Source: an uncultured bacterium (lineage in GTDB: Bacteria > Patescibacteriota > Minisyncoccia > Phycocordibacterales > GWA1-40-21). From it: a DNA stretch of 62,370 nucleotides. Of this stretch, positions 36,379 through 46,545 are shown in pieces. The position numbers and the translations under genes were made by a program. Location of the stretch: NCBI GenBank assembly GCA_903822075.1, contig CAIJNK010000022.1, forward strand, positions 1 to 62,370. Direction: 5' to 3'. The notes beneath the pieces are model-generated. The model had not been told where the DNA came from. It ran no database searches and worked only from the letters and a program-made list of their open reading frames with translations. Every line of letters begins with the position of its first letter. The first letter of the stretch is position 1.

Positions 36379-36822
36379 TCACCATTTCAACAAACCCAGT
36401 TGCCCGAACTTAATGATGATGTGGTATATCAGCCCCTCCGCCAGTAAACTCAGAAAAACCCATCGAAACTTGAGTTTAAAGCCAAAGGAATAGAAAAAAC
36501 CAAAAAAAGCGACAGCTGCCAAGGATATACCGATCGCCATAACTTTAGCGCCAGTGCCAGCCGTGCCGAAGTTGTAGCCTGACACCACAGCAACAGTAAT
36601 GCCGGTACAGACTGCTGAACCGGCTATCTCTCCACCCTTCCCCGCTGGGCAAGACAAGGTGGAGAAGAACGCAACAACAACGATAACTGCCACCGTGGCG
36701 ATTACAATCTGTATTGCAGTTTGAAGTGTGCACCCCAAACTAAGGCACAAAACCAAAACCACCGCACTCGCACTTACCATAAGACCCTCGGAATCGACGA
36801 GCAACTTCATCTCTTTTTTCAT
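36379..36822 (-). CDS. Orphan multi-TM membrane protein
   Basis: About 4-5 hydrophobic segments; consensus promoter and GAAAGGGA SD. Confidence 0.7.
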   Translation of the reverse strand: MKKEMKLLVDSEGLMVSASAVVLVLCLSLGCTLQTAIQIVIATVAVIVVVAFFSTLSCPAGKGGEIAGSAVCTGITVAVVSGYNFGTAGTGAKVMAIGISLAAVAFFGFFYSFGFKLKFRWVFLSLLAEGLIYHIIIKFGQLGLLKW

Positions 36823-36883
36823 CTCAATTTCCCTTTCAGACTCGGTTTACTATTCCAAACGCTTGCCTGGATTTCTGCCACCT

Positions 36884-36912
36884 ATTATACACCCATTAAT
36901 CTTTTTTGTCAA
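36884..36912 (-). promoter_or_regulatory. Consensus sigma70 promoter TTGACA-N17-TATAAT
   Basis: tgtcaa 36907-36912 and attata 36884-36889, with TG extension. Confidence 0.8.
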
Positions 36913-36979
36913 CTTGAGGCAAAAGAAAAGGCGCCCTTAGTCAGAGCGCCCCATTAGCTAGATTCGTTTTGATTTCACT

Positions 36980-37411
36980 TTACTTGTTGGCTCTTAGGAC
37001 AGAAGCGTCCTTCATGGCCACGGTAGTCGTCAGAGATTGAGCGATAATCTGTACGACGTAAACCTCCTCGTATCCTTTTGCCCGATTCTCCCGCAAGTAT
37101 TTGCACATCGCTGCCATTGAGTTTAGGTCGGCATACACCCGTACCAACGACTCTCCTCCCCCGAGCGACACGATATAGTATGAAAGTCCGGATATTGGAT
37201 CGGTTCCTTGACCCAAAACTTCCCTCCAACCTACATCCACCTCAACGTAATCATTTGTCATTGCCCCGATAGCTATCTGAACTGGGCTATTGTCCTTTGG
37301 TACGTTTGGCTGTATTCCATGATTCGGTGCGGTCCAAACCATAATCACCAGCATGACCATACAGAAGGAACCAAACACCAGAATAACCATTTGTCGACCC
37401 GATATTCTCAC
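36980..37411 (-). CDS. Orphan membrane-anchored protein
   Basis: AAGGAGG SD before GTG at 37411; N-terminal TM. Confidence 0.6.
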   Translation of the reverse strand: MRISGRQMVILVFGSFCMVMLVIMVWTAPNHGIQPNVPKDNSPVQIAIGAMTNDYVEVDVGWREVLGQGTDPISGLSYYIVSLGGGESLVRVYADLNSMAAMCKYLRENRAKGYEEVYVVQIIAQSLTTTVAMKDASVLRANK

Positions 37412-37463
37412 TGAAACCTCCTTGGTTTTAACGGAACGCCTAGATTCCAAACTTTCTAGCACC

Positions 37464-37492
37464 ATTAAACACCTAATTACCTTTTTTGTCAA
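37464..37492 (-). promoter_or_regulatory. sigma70 promoter TTGACA-N17-TTTAAT
   Basis: tgtcaa 37487-37492, attaaa 37464-37469; resembles 36884-36912. Confidence 0.7.
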
Positions 37493-37512
37493 ATGCAAAA
37501 CGGAATACCTCT

Positions 37513-38745
37513 TTATTCATAGCGCAGTGCTTCCATTGGACTTTTTTTGGCGGCCTGGCGGGCGGGATAAATACCAAAGATAAGACCAACGAGACTGGAG
37601 ACAACTAGACCAAGGATAGCGGCGCTAACGGGGAAAGAGTACTGCCAATCCAAACCGGCAAATTTACTGATTAGGAGGGAAATTAAAAATGCGAGGATAG
37701 ACCCTAAAATAATTCCAATGACACCGCCCAGAGCCGTAAGTATCACCGCTTCCAACAAAAATTGAGTCTGGATATCACCATTGGTGGCGCCCAAGGCTTT
37801 GCGCAATCCTATTTCCTTGGTGCGTTCAGTCACGGACACCAACATAATATTCATTATCCCTACCCCACCCACAATTAAGGAAATGGCAGCTACTGCGGCG
37901 AGGAAGGCTGTCAAAGCACTGGTGATAGTGCCGAGCGTTTTAGCAATGTCAGCCGATGTCGTAACGGTAAAATCATCCTTGAGCGGATCGGTAATATTAT
38001 GAGAGTCTCTCAAGGTATTTGTAATATCTTGAACGGTCGACTGAAGGTCGGCATCCGAATCCGCCTCCACCACGATTCGACTGTAATATTTGGTACCGGT
38101 AATATCTTGTTGGGTGGTAGTATACGGCATAAAGACGGCATCATCAAAATTGGAAGAGGAACCTTTTTCCGGCAAGACACCGATGACCTTAAAGGTAGTG
38201 TTCTTGATCCTGATTTTCTGTCCAACCGCTTCATCGTTTTCAAAAAGACGTTGTTTGACTTTATAACCAATAACCACCACTGCCGACCGACTAGTCACAT
38301 CATCATCAGTAAAGAAATATCCCTTGTCTGGAGTAATATTAAAAATATCCGGCACTAACCCTCCAGCGCCAAAAACGGCCACTTGGTAGACATTGCTGCC
38401 ATAGACGGATTGACCAGCACCCACCACCATTGGCATAACATATTTAGCATAAGGCACATTAGCTTTTGACTTGATAAGGTTAAGATCTTTCTCTTTGAGA
38501 GAATCGTTCATGGTCTCCGCCGCGGTTGATGGACCAAAGGAAATCTTACCAGGAAGAACGATAATCGTTGTGGCCCCCAGACCTTTGATCTGTCCTAGAA
38601 TTAAATTTTGAGCACCTTGCCCCAAGGAGACTACTAAAATAATAGAGGTAATACCAATCACGATTCCCAAAATCGTCAGAGCGGAGCGACTTTTATGTGT
38701 TTTTAATCCATTTACCGCTGTTTTAATACTGTATTTAAAAATCAT
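37513..38745 (-). CDS. MacB/FtsX-like ABC permease
   Basis: RS.LT.LGIVIGI, VGG.GIMNIMLVSVTERTKEIGLRKALGA, PARQAA...PMEALRYE. Confidence 0.95.
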   Translation of the reverse strand: MIFKYSIKTAVNGLKTHKSRSALTILGIVIGITSIILVVSLGQGAQNLILGQIKGLGATTIIVLPGKISFGPSTAAETMNDSLKEKDLNLIKSKANVPYAKYVMPMVVGAGQSVYGSNVYQVAVFGAGGLVPDIFNITPDKGYFFTDDDVTSRSAVVVIGYKVKQRLFENDEAVGQKIRIKNTTFKVIGVLPEKGSSSNFDDAVFMPYTTTQQDITGTKYYSRIVVEADSDADLQSTVQDITNTLRDSHNITDPLKDDFTVTTSADIAKTLGTITSALTAFLAAVAAISLIVGGVGIMNIMLVSVTERTKEIGLRKALGATNGDIQTQFLLEAVILTALGGVIGIILGSILAFLISLLISKFAGLDWQYSFPVSAAILGLVVSSLVGLIFGIYPARQAAKKSPMEALRYE

Positions 38746-38758
38746 TTTCTTGGGTTTA

Positions 38759-39478
38759 TTATTTTGTGAATGCCGCACCGTCCAGGCGCCTATTTTCTAC
38801 CTTCTTATCACTCTCAATCTCGCCGTCATAAAGACGGATGATGCGTTCCGCGTATTCCGCCGTGTAGGTTTCATGGGTGATTAGAATGACCGTGTGACCA
38901 AGCTCCCGGTTTAATTTCTGAATTATTTCAATCACCACCTCGCCGCTTTTGGAGTCCAAGTTACCGGTGGGCTCGTCGGCAAAGATCACTTCCGGATTAT
39001 TTACCAAAGCCCGGGCAATGGCCACCCGCTGTTTTTCCCCGCCAGACAGAAGCTTGGCGTCTTGCTCCATCCGGTGTTCCAGACCAACAGCGATTACCGC
39101 TTCCCTAGCCTTTCTCTCCCATTCTTTTTCCGGCACATTGGAATAAAGCAGTGGTAGTTTTACATTTTCCAGAACACTGGCATTGGGTAATAAATTGAAG
39201 GACTGAAAAACAAAGCCCATCTTTTCATTTCGGATCCTGGCCACTTCTTTGGGGTTGTAATCCTTAATATTTTTATCATCAAAATAATACGACCCACCGG
39301 TATAATCATCAAGCAGGCCCAAGATCTGAAGCAGGGTGGACTTGCCGGAACCGGACGGCCCCATAATTGCCACAAACTCCCCTTTTTTGATATCAAAAGA
39401 CACACCATGAAGGGCATCGGTCTTTACACCTTCATTATCATATACTTTCCCCAGTTTTTTTACCTCAATGATATTCAT
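38759..39478 (-). CDS. ABC ATP-binding protein (MacB/LolD-like)
   Basis: [33 protein letters not shown]. Confidence 0.96.
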   Translation of the reverse strand: MNIIEVKKLGKVYDNEGVKTDALHGVSFDIKKGEFVAIMGPSGSGKSTLLQILGLLDDYTGGSYYFDDKNIKDYNPKEVARIRNEKMGFVFQSFNLLPNASVLENVKLPLLYSNVPEKEWERKAREAVIAVGLEHRMEQDAKLLSGGEKQRVAIARALVNNPEVIFADEPTGNLDSKSGEVVIEIIQKLNRELGHTVILITHETYTAEYAERIIRLYDGEIESDKKVENRRLDGAAFTK

Positions 39479-39484
39479 CCGGTT

Positions 39485-40978
39485 TTATTGAGTTACCACT
39501 TCGTCCCCCTCGTTCAAACCAGAGACAATTTCCACATTACCATCTGAACCACGCAGACCGGTTACAATTTTTTTCGACAAGACTTCACTTGGGTCGTTCG
39601 GATTAATGATTGAGACATATTTACCATCATCTTTGGTCACAATCAGACGATTTGGCAGGATTAATATATTATTTTTTTGATCAGTGAGTATATCTAGGTT
39701 AGCTGTCATACCAGATAATATCCGATCATCTTGACCGGTAAATCTCAAGGTCACCTTATAGGTAGGCACCCCGTCTATCACAGTGGCAGCTGGATCAATC
39801 TTTATTACCTCCGTCTCAAAATTAACTCCGCTACCATAAGCGTCCAGGGTGGTCGAAGCCAGATTACCTATTTTCACTTTGGCAATGTCGGCTTCGGGAA
39901 CAAAAGATTCTACTTCGTAGTCACCATAAGAAATGATCGAGATTACGTTTTTGCCGACTGGCGCTATTTCACCCAATTTGGCGTCAATATTAGTAACTAC
40001 GCCATTTATCGGTGACTCGAGAACAGATTTTGCTAGCGCGGCCTCAGCACTAGCAACACTCGCCTGAGCTTGCTCAATACCCGCTTCTTCCGCTAAAGTA
40101 CTATTTTTAGAGGTCTTTACGGACAACATTGCCGTCTTGTACTGGTCAAAAGAACCAGTCAAGGTGTCAATGGCGGCATTAATATTTGTTCTGGCAGTGG
40201 AAATATTTAATTTCCAAGTGTCTATTTGAGTCTGAGAAATAAAAGTAGAATCGGGGCTCAGGCCATTAACCGCTTCAGCACATTTGTCCAACAAAGATTT
40301 TATTTGCATCAAGTTTGTCAGAGCGGTATTGTAATAAGTCTCGAGGTCAGAGGTGTTGGTTAGGTTTTGCAAAGTCTTATACCAAGAATCCAAAATATCA
40401 CCCTCGGCGTCTTTTCCTTTTTCAATATCATCGGCCAAGGAAACATTCGTTGTAAAAGCTAGTTTAGCCTGATATCTGCCCGGATTAGTAAATAGTGAAA
40501 ACATTTTGTTCCTGACGGCATCATCAGCTTTGGTATATGAATCTTTAACAGCGTTAACGAGTGACTCTTCCGCCTGGGCCAAGTCTAAAATGGTTTTATC
40601 AGCGGTATCACCCACACCCGCCTGGGCTTTTTTCAAATTAGCTCTGGCTTGATCCAAGTTAGCGGTCAAATCGGCGTTAGACAAAGAAGCAAGCGTCTGC
40701 CCAGCCGAGACTTTGTCCCCAACCGCCACATTTATATCTGCCACCCGCCCACTCAGCTCGAAGGCCAGGTCCACCGCCGATAACGGTTTAACATTACCAG
40801 TTACACTCACAATCTCCGAGATAGAACCCCTGACTACCGGTACTTCGATACGGCTAGTATTCTCCGAATTGTTTTTAAAGACATACCAAGCGATCAAAAT
40901 TACGATTATTAGAACAACCGTTACGATGATTTTGTGAGACTTCACAAAATTTCCAAATGTTTTGAGTATATTTTTCAT
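39485..40978 (-). CDS. Efflux membrane-fusion/periplasmic adaptor (MacA-like) with long coiled coil
   Basis: N-terminal TM, G.V..I.V.VGD.V..GQ, SPINGVV, GMTAN. Confidence 0.9.
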   Translation of the reverse strand: MKNILKTFGNFVKSHKIIVTVVLIIVILIAWYVFKNNSENTSRIEVPVVRGSISEIVSVTGNVKPLSAVDLAFELSGRVADINVAVGDKVSAGQTLASLSNADLTANLDQARANLKKAQAGVGDTADKTILDLAQAEESLVNAVKDSYTKADDAVRNKMFSLFTNPGRYQAKLAFTTNVSLADDIEKGKDAEGDILDSWYKTLQNLTNTSDLETYYNTALTNLMQIKSLLDKCAEAVNGLSPDSTFISQTQIDTWKLNISTARTNINAAIDTLTGSFDQYKTAMLSVKTSKNSTLAEEAGIEQAQASVASAEAALAKSVLESPINGVVTNIDAKLGEIAPVGKNVISIISYGDYEVESFVPEADIAKVKIGNLASTTLDAYGSGVNFETEVIKIDPAATVIDGVPTYKVTLRFTGQDDRILSGMTANLDILTDQKNNILILPNRLIVTKDDGKYVSIINPNDPSEVLSKKIVTGLRGSDGNVEIVSGLNEGDEVVTQ

Positions 40979-41004
40979 ACTGATATTTTAGCACAAAAAT
41001 GCAT

Positions 41005-41877
41005 TTACTTGAACCAACGAGCAAAAATTCCGGCTGGTAAAAGTCGTCCGGACTTTGACTCTTCAATCGTCAGTTCCCCACTTTCAATATTGCCGCCAAA
41101 CTTTTTTACTAAAGGCAAAAGACTGTTTTCGTAGGCTGTCGCCGAATAACCTGCAGCGTAACCGTTGATCAAAACGAAAAGTGGATTTTCTGACAAGATT
41201 TGTTCACAGGCGTCCAAAAGCTTTGTAAGATCTTCTTCTATCTTCCAAACTTCATTATTGGCACCATGACCAAAGGCCGGCGGATCCATGATAATGGCGT
41301 CATATTTATTTCCACGTTTTATTTCCCGCGCTACAAATTTTCTGGCATCTTCCTCAATCCAGCGTACTTTCTCGTCAATTAATTTTGACGCTTCGGCGTT
41401 CTGCTTGGCCCAGGTGATGGCGCTTTTTGAACCGTCAATGTGCGTTACTTCGGCCCCGGCTGATAAGGCCGCCAAAGTGGCCCCGCCGGTATAGCCAAAT
41501 AGATTTAATACTTTAATCGGCCTTTTGGCATCTTTTATCTTTTCTTTAATCCAATTCCAATTGGGTTCATTTTCCGGAAAAAGCCCCGTATGTTTGAAAG
41601 CGGTCGGTTTGATCAGGAATTTCAAATTGCCCATCTCAACAAACCATTCATTTGTCATATTTTCTTTTTTCTTCCATTTCCCGCTCTCACCGGTCCGTAA
41701 AAAAAAGGCGCTGGCCTCCTTCCAGATTTTTTCATCAAAGCCTTTTTTCCATAGAGCTTGGGGATCAGGCCGTCTCAGTATATACTCACCGAAACGCTCC
41801 AACTTTTCCCCGTCTCCGCTATCAACCAACTCATAATCATGACTGGCTTTAGTTATCAGTATTTTTAAATTTTCCAT
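41005..41877 (-). CDS. Class I SAM-dependent methyltransferase (RlmI/K-like)
   Basis: VLNLFGYTGG, DPPAFG, KHTGLFPE. Confidence 0.9.
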   Translation of the reverse strand: MENLKILITKASHDYELVDSGDGEKLERFGEYILRRPDPQALWKKGFDEKIWKEASAFFLRTGESGKWKKKENMTNEWFVEMGNLKFLIKPTAFKHTGLFPENEPNWNWIKEKIKDAKRPIKVLNLFGYTGGATLAALSAGAEVTHIDGSKSAITWAKQNAEASKLIDEKVRWIEEDARKFVAREIKRGNKYDAIIMDPPAFGHGANNEVWKIEEDLTKLLDACEQILSENPLFVLINGYAAGYSATAYENSLLPLVKKFGGNIESGELTIEESKSGRLLPAGIFARWFK

Positions 41878-41912
41878 AGGATCAAATATAGCAGAAACGT
41901 CTTAAAAAAGCA

Positions 41913-42476
41913 TTAAATTTTCACCGCTCCTTCTCGCAAAACTTGGATGTGATTATCCTCACCAATCTTAATCAAGGTCGAAGGGAGCGAATCAAGTGCA
42001 CCGCCATCTTCATAAAAATCCACTTTGTCGCCAAAATATTTCTTGGCTTCTTCAACGTTTTTCGCTGGCGGTTGGCCTTCCGGATTAGCACTGGCCGCAA
42101 CCAAAAAACCGACTTTCTGCAAAAGATCCCTCAAATCCTTTTTCTCCGGTAGACGGAAAGCGATAGTTCCTCCAACCTTTTTCAGATAATCAAACTGGGA
42201 TGATGAAGAGTAGAATTCAACACTGACCTTTCCGGGCCAGAATTTGTTTAAGGGTTCTATGACACTACGATCAGATAACTTAACGCCAAAAATAGCCAAA
42301 TCTTCAATTGAATTTATCAAAACAATAAAACCTTTGCCGTCAGTTCGGTTTTTTATCTGAGAAATTCGTTCGACGGCTTTTGCCGAGAAAGCCTTACAAA
42401 CTAAACCATAGACAGTATCGGTTGGTATAACACCCACTCCATCCTTTCTTAGAATATCAATATTCTTGACGTCCAT
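41913..42476 (-). CDS. tsaC: L-threonylcarbamoyladenylate synthase (Sua5/YrdC)
   Basis: PTDTVYGL, K.R, WPG, SAN, PSTLI, LREGA. Confidence 0.9.
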   Translation of the reverse strand: MDVKNIDILRKDGVGVIPTDTVYGLVCKAFSAKAVERISQIKNRTDGKGFIVLINSIEDLAIFGVKLSDRSVIEPLNKFWPGKVSVEFYSSSSQFDYLKKVGGTIAFRLPEKKDLRDLLQKVGFLVAASANPEGQPPAKNVEEAKKYFGDKVDFYEDGGALDSLPSTLIKIGEDNHIQVLREGAVKI

Positions 42477-42477
42477 T

Positions 42478-42993
42478 TTATTTCCCAAAACCAGTTCCTT
42501 TGACGACTTGGCTGGCACGTCCTTCGGCATAAGACTTTATCACCTTCCAAGCATTATTAAAGATAAGCCCATCAATATTATCAATACCGACCGTTTCCGC
42601 AATCAAGTTGTAAGCGTCTTCCAATTTGACTGATCCAAAAGTACGCAAGTGATTACCGATAATCAACTTATAGAAGGAATCTTTAAAAGCCCTTGACCCT
42701 GGATCAGAAGCGGCATCTTCCCTCCTTTGTCTGTACTCATCTAACTTCTTATCCAGAATTAAGTTAAAATTTCTTTTCGCGGCCTCATCTCCAACCGCCT
42801 CAATCGACTGACTTAAGGCGGCTTCAAAAGCGGCCAGTTCGGGGTTTAAGTCAATCGCTGGTGGACTGTCCGGATCATTATTTTGAGTGGAAGATTCGCG
42901 CTTTTTCCCAAAAACCGCTTCTTCCATTTTAAGCATTTTAATGACTCTGGTCATCGTCAGCGGAACTTCCGTACCTTCGGTAATATTTTTCAT
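42478..42993 (-). CDS. Hypothetical protein
   Basis: 171-aa ORF with no recognised motif. Confidence 0.6.
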   Translation of the reverse strand: MKNITEGTEVPLTMTRVIKMLKMEEAVFGKKRESSTQNNDPDSPPAIDLNPELAAFEAALSQSIEAVGDEAAKRNFNLILDKKLDEYRQRREDAASDPGSRAFKDSFYKLIIGNHLRTFGSVKLEDAYNLIAETVGIDNIDGLIFNNAWKVIKSYAEGRASQVVKGTGFGK

Positions 42994-43009
42994 ATTTTAA
43001 TAATTTAGA

Positions 43010-43393
43010 TTATAAGTGGTCAGTGGTATCTGCCTCGGCCGCCATTTTGGTCTGATGCACAGTACCATTCACATGATGTGGGGGCATATAAATAGTGTAA
43101 AGTTTGAGTGGTTTTTCAGCGGAAGTATTTATCACATTATGCTCTGTCCCCGCTGGCACTACCACGGCAAACCCGTCAGAAATAAGCGACTCTTCACCGT
43201 CCATTATCACTTTCCCTTCTCCGCTGTCCACGCGAAAAAATTGATCCGTATATTCATGCACTTCCATCCCAATGTCTTCATTCGGAAGCAAACTCATAAC
43301 CACCACCTGACCGTGTTGTGAGGTATATAAGACCTTCCTAAAATTATCATTTTCCAATGTCTCTTTTTCGATGTTTTTTACAAATCCTTTCAT
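43010..43393 (-). CDS. Cupin domain protein
   Basis: E.H...DQFF.V.SG.G, VPAGTEHNV.N, LYTIY.PP.H. Confidence 0.92.
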   Translation of the reverse strand: MKGFVKNIEKETLENDNFRKVLYTSQHGQVVVMSLLPNEDIGMEVHEYTDQFFRVDSGEGKVIMDGEESLISDGFAVVVPAGTEHNVINTSAEKPLKLYTIYMPPHHVNGTVHQTKMAAEADTTDHL

Positions 43394-43419
43394 AAGTTTA
43401 TATTTTGTTAGCTAATAAA

Positions 43420-44448
43420 CTACCTCATTACAGTATACACGCTTGGCAGCTCCAAACCAAGTGCCCAGGCGGAAAAACCACGGAGCTTATATTTCTTGAT
43501 TAGGGAAATTTTTTGGCCGATACTTTTGGCATTTTCATACCAAATTGTATAGCCTTTACCATCTTTCTTGTTCCAATAATGAAAATATGGCGCCTGCTCT
43601 TCTACACTGTAGTGATACGCCACCGAATATTTCTTGATGATGTTGTTTATCCCTTCCAAACCCCCAATCCCCGTCCGCTTACTATCCAAGTCACGCCACT
43701 GCCAATAGTAAAAAGCTAAGCCGAGTGATATTTTTTCCTTGGGAATCTTGGTTAGGCTGAAATCAATCACTTTTTGGAGCCAGGCATACCCCGTCACCGG
43801 TCCGGCGGAATTCGGGTCATCATAAGACATAATACTGATGAAATCTGCGCTCTTAGCTAAACGGGCGTAATCATAGACGCCGATTATTCTCGTCCACAAA
43901 TCTTTTGGGTAATCGGCCGGGTTTTCCGACACTTGAGCAATGACGGCCACGGATAATTTTAAATTATTTTTCTGGAATATGACATAGGTCTTTTCAATAA
44001 ACTCGGAGAATTGGTCCCGATAAGAAAGATTCATCTGTTCAAAATCAACCTGCCAACCGATATAACCAAAATCCTGAGCCTCTTGGACTAAATTATTGAT
44101 CAAGACGTTCTGACGAACAGAATCCGTCAAAAAACTCTCACAAGTAGTGGTACTAAAAGCCCCGTTAGTGATGAGCGGCATCACTTTAATCTTGTTTTTT
44201 TTAGCAAAAGCGAGCAAATCGGGTTTAATTACTCCGATTAAATGTCCGTTCTTATCTACCTGATAACTTTGCGGCGCAAAAACATCAATAGAACCAGACT
44301 GGGCAAGAAAAGACTCTCGGGCATTCTTCCCTTCCACATAATAAAACAGGCGTTCATAACTGGCGGCCTCAGCTTTTTGTACTCCAAAAAAACTAAAGAT
44401 ACCAAAGATGATCAGGGCCAAAAAAAATGTCGGAAATAATTTCTTCAC
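43420..44448 (-). CDS. Secreted glycoside hydrolase family 18 (YaaH/SleL-like)
   Basis: Signal peptide; GW.VDFE, IMSYD, LGLAFY, WYEN..S, FSAWALG. Confidence 0.85.
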   Translation of the reverse strand: MKKLFPTFFLALIIFGIFSFFGVQKAEAASYERLFYYVEGKNARESFLAQSGSIDVFAPQSYQVDKNGHLIGVIKPDLLAFAKKNKIKVMPLITNGAFSTTTCESFLTDSVRQNVLINNLVQEAQDFGYIGWQVDFEQMNLSYRDQFSEFIEKTYVIFQKNNLKLSVAVIAQVSENPADYPKDLWTRIIGVYDYARLAKSADFISIMSYDDPNSAGPVTGYAWLQKVIDFSLTKIPKEKISLGLAFYYWQWRDLDSKRTGIGGLEGINNIIKKYSVAYHYSVEEQAPYFHYWNKKDGKGYTIWYENAKSIGQKISLIKKYKLRGFSAWALGLELPSVYTVMR

Positions 44449-44469
44449 CAGAATAGTGTAACACAAAAT

Positions 44470-45213
44470 TTAAATTTCTATCTTTGAAAACTGCCAAGCG
44501 CCGATAATAGTAATGACGATAACAAAAGACAGGAGAACGATCAAGTCCAGGCCAATACCGAGATTTGAGGCGTTAGATAAGAGCCCACGCAGGGCGTCAA
44601 CACCGTAAGACAGAGGATCGATACGGACGATATATTCAATAATTTTAGGTAAGCCAGTGAGCGGAAAAAGCGCGCCAGATAGGAAAAAAATCGGCATCAC
44701 CAGAAAGTTCGAGATAAGCTGGAAACCCTGCATATCTTCCAAACGTGAGGCAATCGCCGTGCCGAGTGCGGTAAAAAGCATCGCAATCAGGAACATTACG
44801 ATAAAAGAGAAAATCGCTCCCATTATGGAGACTGGCCGGAAACCGATAAATAAAGTAATGATAAAAACGATCAAGCCTTGAATAGTGGCCACGGTGGCCC
44901 CGCCAAGCGTCCGACCAATCATTATTTTGGTCCGACTAACCGGTGCCACCAAAGTTTCCTTGAGGAAACCGAACTGCTTATCCCAAATCACCTCAATCCC
45001 GGCAAAAATGGCGGAAAAAAGAATACTCATAGCAATGATGCCGGGCGCCAAGAATTGCACATAATTACCTCCCCCGGCCTTGGCGTAGATCGGACCAAAA
45101 CCGAAACCTAAGGCTACCAAAAATAAAATCGGCTGACCAAGCGAACCCACAATCCGGGATTTGGATCGCAAGTATCTTTTTATCTGCCTGAGCCATAAAA
45201 TATAAAGTATCAT
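44470..45213 (-). CDS. ABC-2 type permease
   Basis: FLAPGIIAM, DKQFGFLKE.LVAP, FLSGALFP. Confidence 0.93.
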   Translation of the reverse strand: MILYILWLRQIKRYLRSKSRIVGSLGQPILFLVALGFGFGPIYAKAGGGNYVQFLAPGIIAMSILFSAIFAGIEVIWDKQFGFLKETLVAPVSRTKIMIGRTLGGATVATIQGLIVFIITLFIGFRPVSIMGAIFSFIVMFLIAMLFTALGTAIASRLEDMQGFQLISNFLVMPIFFLSGALFPLTGLPKIIEYIVRIDPLSYGVDALRGLLSNASNLGIGLDLIVLLSFVIVITIIGAWQFSKIEI

Positions 45214-45224
45214 ATTTTTTAAAA

Positions 45225-46031
45225 TTATCGCCTGCCCCGCCACATTTTCATCATATCGGCGCCGTGATTACCTTCAGATTCTCGAATATCCTTGCCGGTT
45301 AACGCCAAGAAAGCCTCTTCTAAAGTTGTCTTGTTTGTTTGCTTTTTCAAATCCTCGGACTTACCCTGAGCCACAATCACACCGTGATCAATGACGGCAA
45401 TCGTATCCGCATTCTTATCCGCCTCTTCCATATAATGTGTGGTAAAGAAAACAGTCAAACCCTCCTTCTCCCGCAAATCCTTGATATAGTTCCACATCAG
45501 ATTTCGAGTTTGTGGATCCAAACCTAAAGTTGGTTCGTCTAAAAATAAAACCTTTGGGTGATGCAAAAGTCCGCGCGCAATCTCGAGCCGGCGTTTCATT
45601 CCGCCGGAAAAGTTTTTTACTAGATCATCCTTTCTCCCCCACAGCTCCACCATCGTCATCAATTCCTCAATCCTTTTTAAATAAACTTCGCGTTTCAAAC
45701 CGTAAAGCACAGCATGAATATACATGTTTTCATAAGCGGTCAGTTCCGTATCCAAGCTGGGATCCTGAAAGACGATACCGAAAGAGCGTCTGGTGTCCGA
45801 GGGGTTTTTATGGGCATCAAAACCGTTCAGGCTGACTGTGCCGGATGTTGGTTCGAGGAGAGTGGTCAGCATCCGGATGGTGGTAGTCTTTCCGGCTCCG
45901 TTTGGGCCGAGAAAGGCAAAACTCTCGCCCTTCTTCACAAAAAAAGAAATATCCTTGACGGCTTCCACCTTTTTGAAGTTTCGGACTAAATTTTTCACTT
46001 CTATTATTTTATTACTTATATCTTCGGACAT
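45225..46031 (-). CDS. ABC ATP-binding protein (DrrA-like)
   Basis: GPNGAGKTT, FSGGMKRRLEIARGL, LDEPT.GLDP. Confidence 0.95.
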   Translation of the reverse strand: MSEDISNKIIEVKNLVRNFKKVEAVKDISFFVKKGESFAFLGPNGAGKTTTIRMLTTLLEPTSGTVSLNGFDAHKNPSDTRRSFGIVFQDPSLDTELTAYENMYIHAVLYGLKREVYLKRIEELMTMVELWGRKDDLVKNFSGGMKRRLEIARGLLHHPKVLFLDEPTLGLDPQTRNLMWNYIKDLREKEGLTVFFTTHYMEEADKNADTIAVIDHGVIVAQGKSEDLKKQTNKTTLEEAFLALTGKDIRESEGNHGADMMKMWRGRR

Positions 46032-46053
46032 GGTTGGTATTATAACATAACAT

Positions 46054-46545
46054 CTAATCTTTGCTCGCACTTCTTAGCTGATTGTACTCATACCAAGTTA
46101 AAATAATGATTAATACGTCAAGCAAGGTCAGTCCGAGTAACCAAAGGGAATGAGTGTTGGTAAAGCGGACCATTTGGTAAAGACCGAAGAGAAAAAAAAC
46201 GACGATAGATAGTGGATACGCCCAAAGCTTTTTTTTAAAAAGGCCGAGAATCAGAAGGCACTTGATTAGCCCATAACTTAACAAATAAAAAGCAACAAAA
46301 TGTCTGGTACTAACAGAAAGATTCTTGGCAGAACTTAAAAGATAGTTCGAAATAAAATCCTTTGGATCCTCAGAGAGCTCATTCCGAGTGAGAAAAATAA
46401 CAAATCGTATAACGGTAGCCTGACTAATAAAAAGAGCAACGAATCCAATAATTATTTCCAACAGAGAATATACCCCCTTAACAAAAAGACTCGCATCGAA
46501 AATCTGACGGACTATTTTTTCGTTTTTAGAAGCCGAGTTTTTCAT
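46054..46545 (-). CDS. DUF2127-like membrane protein
   Basis: KG...LEI..G, EL.EDP.DF, YLL.YG.IK, WAYP. Confidence 0.8.
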   Translation of the reverse strand: MKNSASKNEKIVRQIFDASLFVKGVYSLLEIIIGFVALFISQATVIRFVIFLTRNELSEDPKDFISNYLLSSAKNLSVSTRHFVAFYLLSYGLIKCLLILGLFKKKLWAYPLSIVVFFLFGLYQMVRFTNTHSLWLLGLTLLDVLIIILTWYEYNQLRSASKD

